A stretch of DNA of 62,000 nt, from the NCBI GenBank assembly GCA_951406725.2, contig OX597814.1, positions 169,156,001-169,218,000 on the forward strand, read 5' to 3'. Below the pieces are notes generated by a model. It saw only the letters and a program-made list of their open reading frames with translations, was not told the DNA's origin and did not search any database. The stretch comes from Octopus vulgaris (taxonomy: Eukaryota). Position numbers and translations under genes: made by a program. Positions 60,991 through 62,000 of this stretch are shown piece after piece; the stretch's first letter is position 1, and each line of letters opens with the position of its first letter.

Positions 60991-61270
60991 TATTAGAGAC
61001 AAAACCACTATTTTGCAAAACAAACAAGGAAAGACTTAATCAATACATAAAATTTTAATAAATAGTCAAAAAAACCGCCACTACAATTGTTTCTTGTCTT
61101 GATCGACAATCTTCAGATGGACTTCCAATAAGTCAGTTTCAAATTATGTGACTGAATTTGCAAAATAGTGGTTTTGTCTCTAATAATATTTTATAATATT
61201 TTACTATAAAATTGGATTTAATCCTAAATCTGATTTTTTCCCTGTAAATTTGGATTTATTCCCTAATATT
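60981..61270 (-). mobile_element. Miniature Penelope-type element with 39-bp perfect inverted repeat
   Basis: 60981-61019 reverse-complements 61157-61195; (TA)n on both sides; right segment resembles 59630-59700. Confidence 0.75.
61078..61120 (-). ncRNA. Minimal type I hammerhead ribozyme, fully intact
   Basis: CCAT-CTGAAGA-TTGTC-gatcaa-GACAA-GAAA-CAATTG-TA|GTGG; cleavage between 61082 and 61081. Confidence 0.85.
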
Positions 61271-61273
61271 TAT

Positions 61274-61313
<40 letters not shown>

Positions 61314-61789
61314 ATCATAAAAGTTGCTGTGAATTTCAAGCCAGCATGTTTGAAGAGTTATTAATACTGCTAAGGATGCAATAGTCAGCACAAAACTGAT
61401 AGTAACATTCAGACCAGTTATATGCCATAACCAAAAATAGACTCCTTGATGATACATACACAATAGGTTTTTTTCACTATCTCTGTCAACCAGTTTCATT
61501 CACAATGCATTAGTCAGCTCATAGCTGTAGCAGAAGATGTTTGTCAACAATGCCACACAGCAAGAATGAAACTAGAAATCACATGATTTTAAAACAAACT
61601 TCCTAATCAAACTACTGGTAAATTCCTCATCATGCCATATAGTTTGTCCCTAAATTCAGTCACATGTTTTATCTCCAGAGGAGATGCATTGCTAAACATT
61701 ATGAGAGCACATTCAAAATGAGATAATTTGAGAATGGTACAGAGTAAATGATGTAAAATAAAAAGTAAAGTTTCCTTGAGTCATACTGA

Positions 61790-62000
61790 CTTATAATGGC
61801 CAGTTTCCTGGTTACTATGGATAATATATTCTCCATCTGGATGAGACACTAATTCATTGTAGGATTACTCATTTTTACCAGCTGAGTGAAATGAAGTGTT
61901 TTGCTCAAGAACACAATGTGTCATCCGGTCCAGGAATTGAAACCACAATCTTATGATCATAAGTCCAACACCCGAACCACTAAGCCACATGCCTACCCGA
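61790..62000 (-). mobile_element. tRNA-derived SINE (family F-like), cut by window end
   Basis: Minus strand TGGCTTAGTGG and GGTTTCAATTCC boxes, core-like CACTCAGCTGG. Confidence 0.6.

Noticed and set aside
61263-61499. Transmembrane-like ORF
   Set aside because: 61310-61420 is an inverted relative of 59450-59550, so a dispersed repeat; no donor site

Overview
AT-rich, microsatellite-dense eukaryotic DNA made almost entirely of transposable-element debris. The repeat landscape looks like an octopus (coleoid cephalopod) intron or intergenic region; this is inferred from repeat style, not from a search. I recognise no host protein-coding gene. All convincing ORFs are transposon-derived: a 5'-truncated RTE-clade reverse transcriptase (11304-12950, minus) with an amplified 3' UTR, several R4/Dong-clade non-LTR elements stacked in (TAA)n tracts, a Penelope-like GIY-YIG fragment, mariner pieces and CR1/L2-type 3' ends. 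There are also tRNA-derived SINEs, MITEs and two non-autonomous Helitrons. The main signal outside the ORF track is about a dozen type I hammerhead ribozyme motifs, intact to decayed. Several lie in short Penelope-type elements with inverted or fold-back ends, and one pair is head-to-head with reciprocal CpG decay. A 2.6-kb inversion with a ~420-bp inverted duplication splits a SINE. Boundaries were read by eye and many are approximate.
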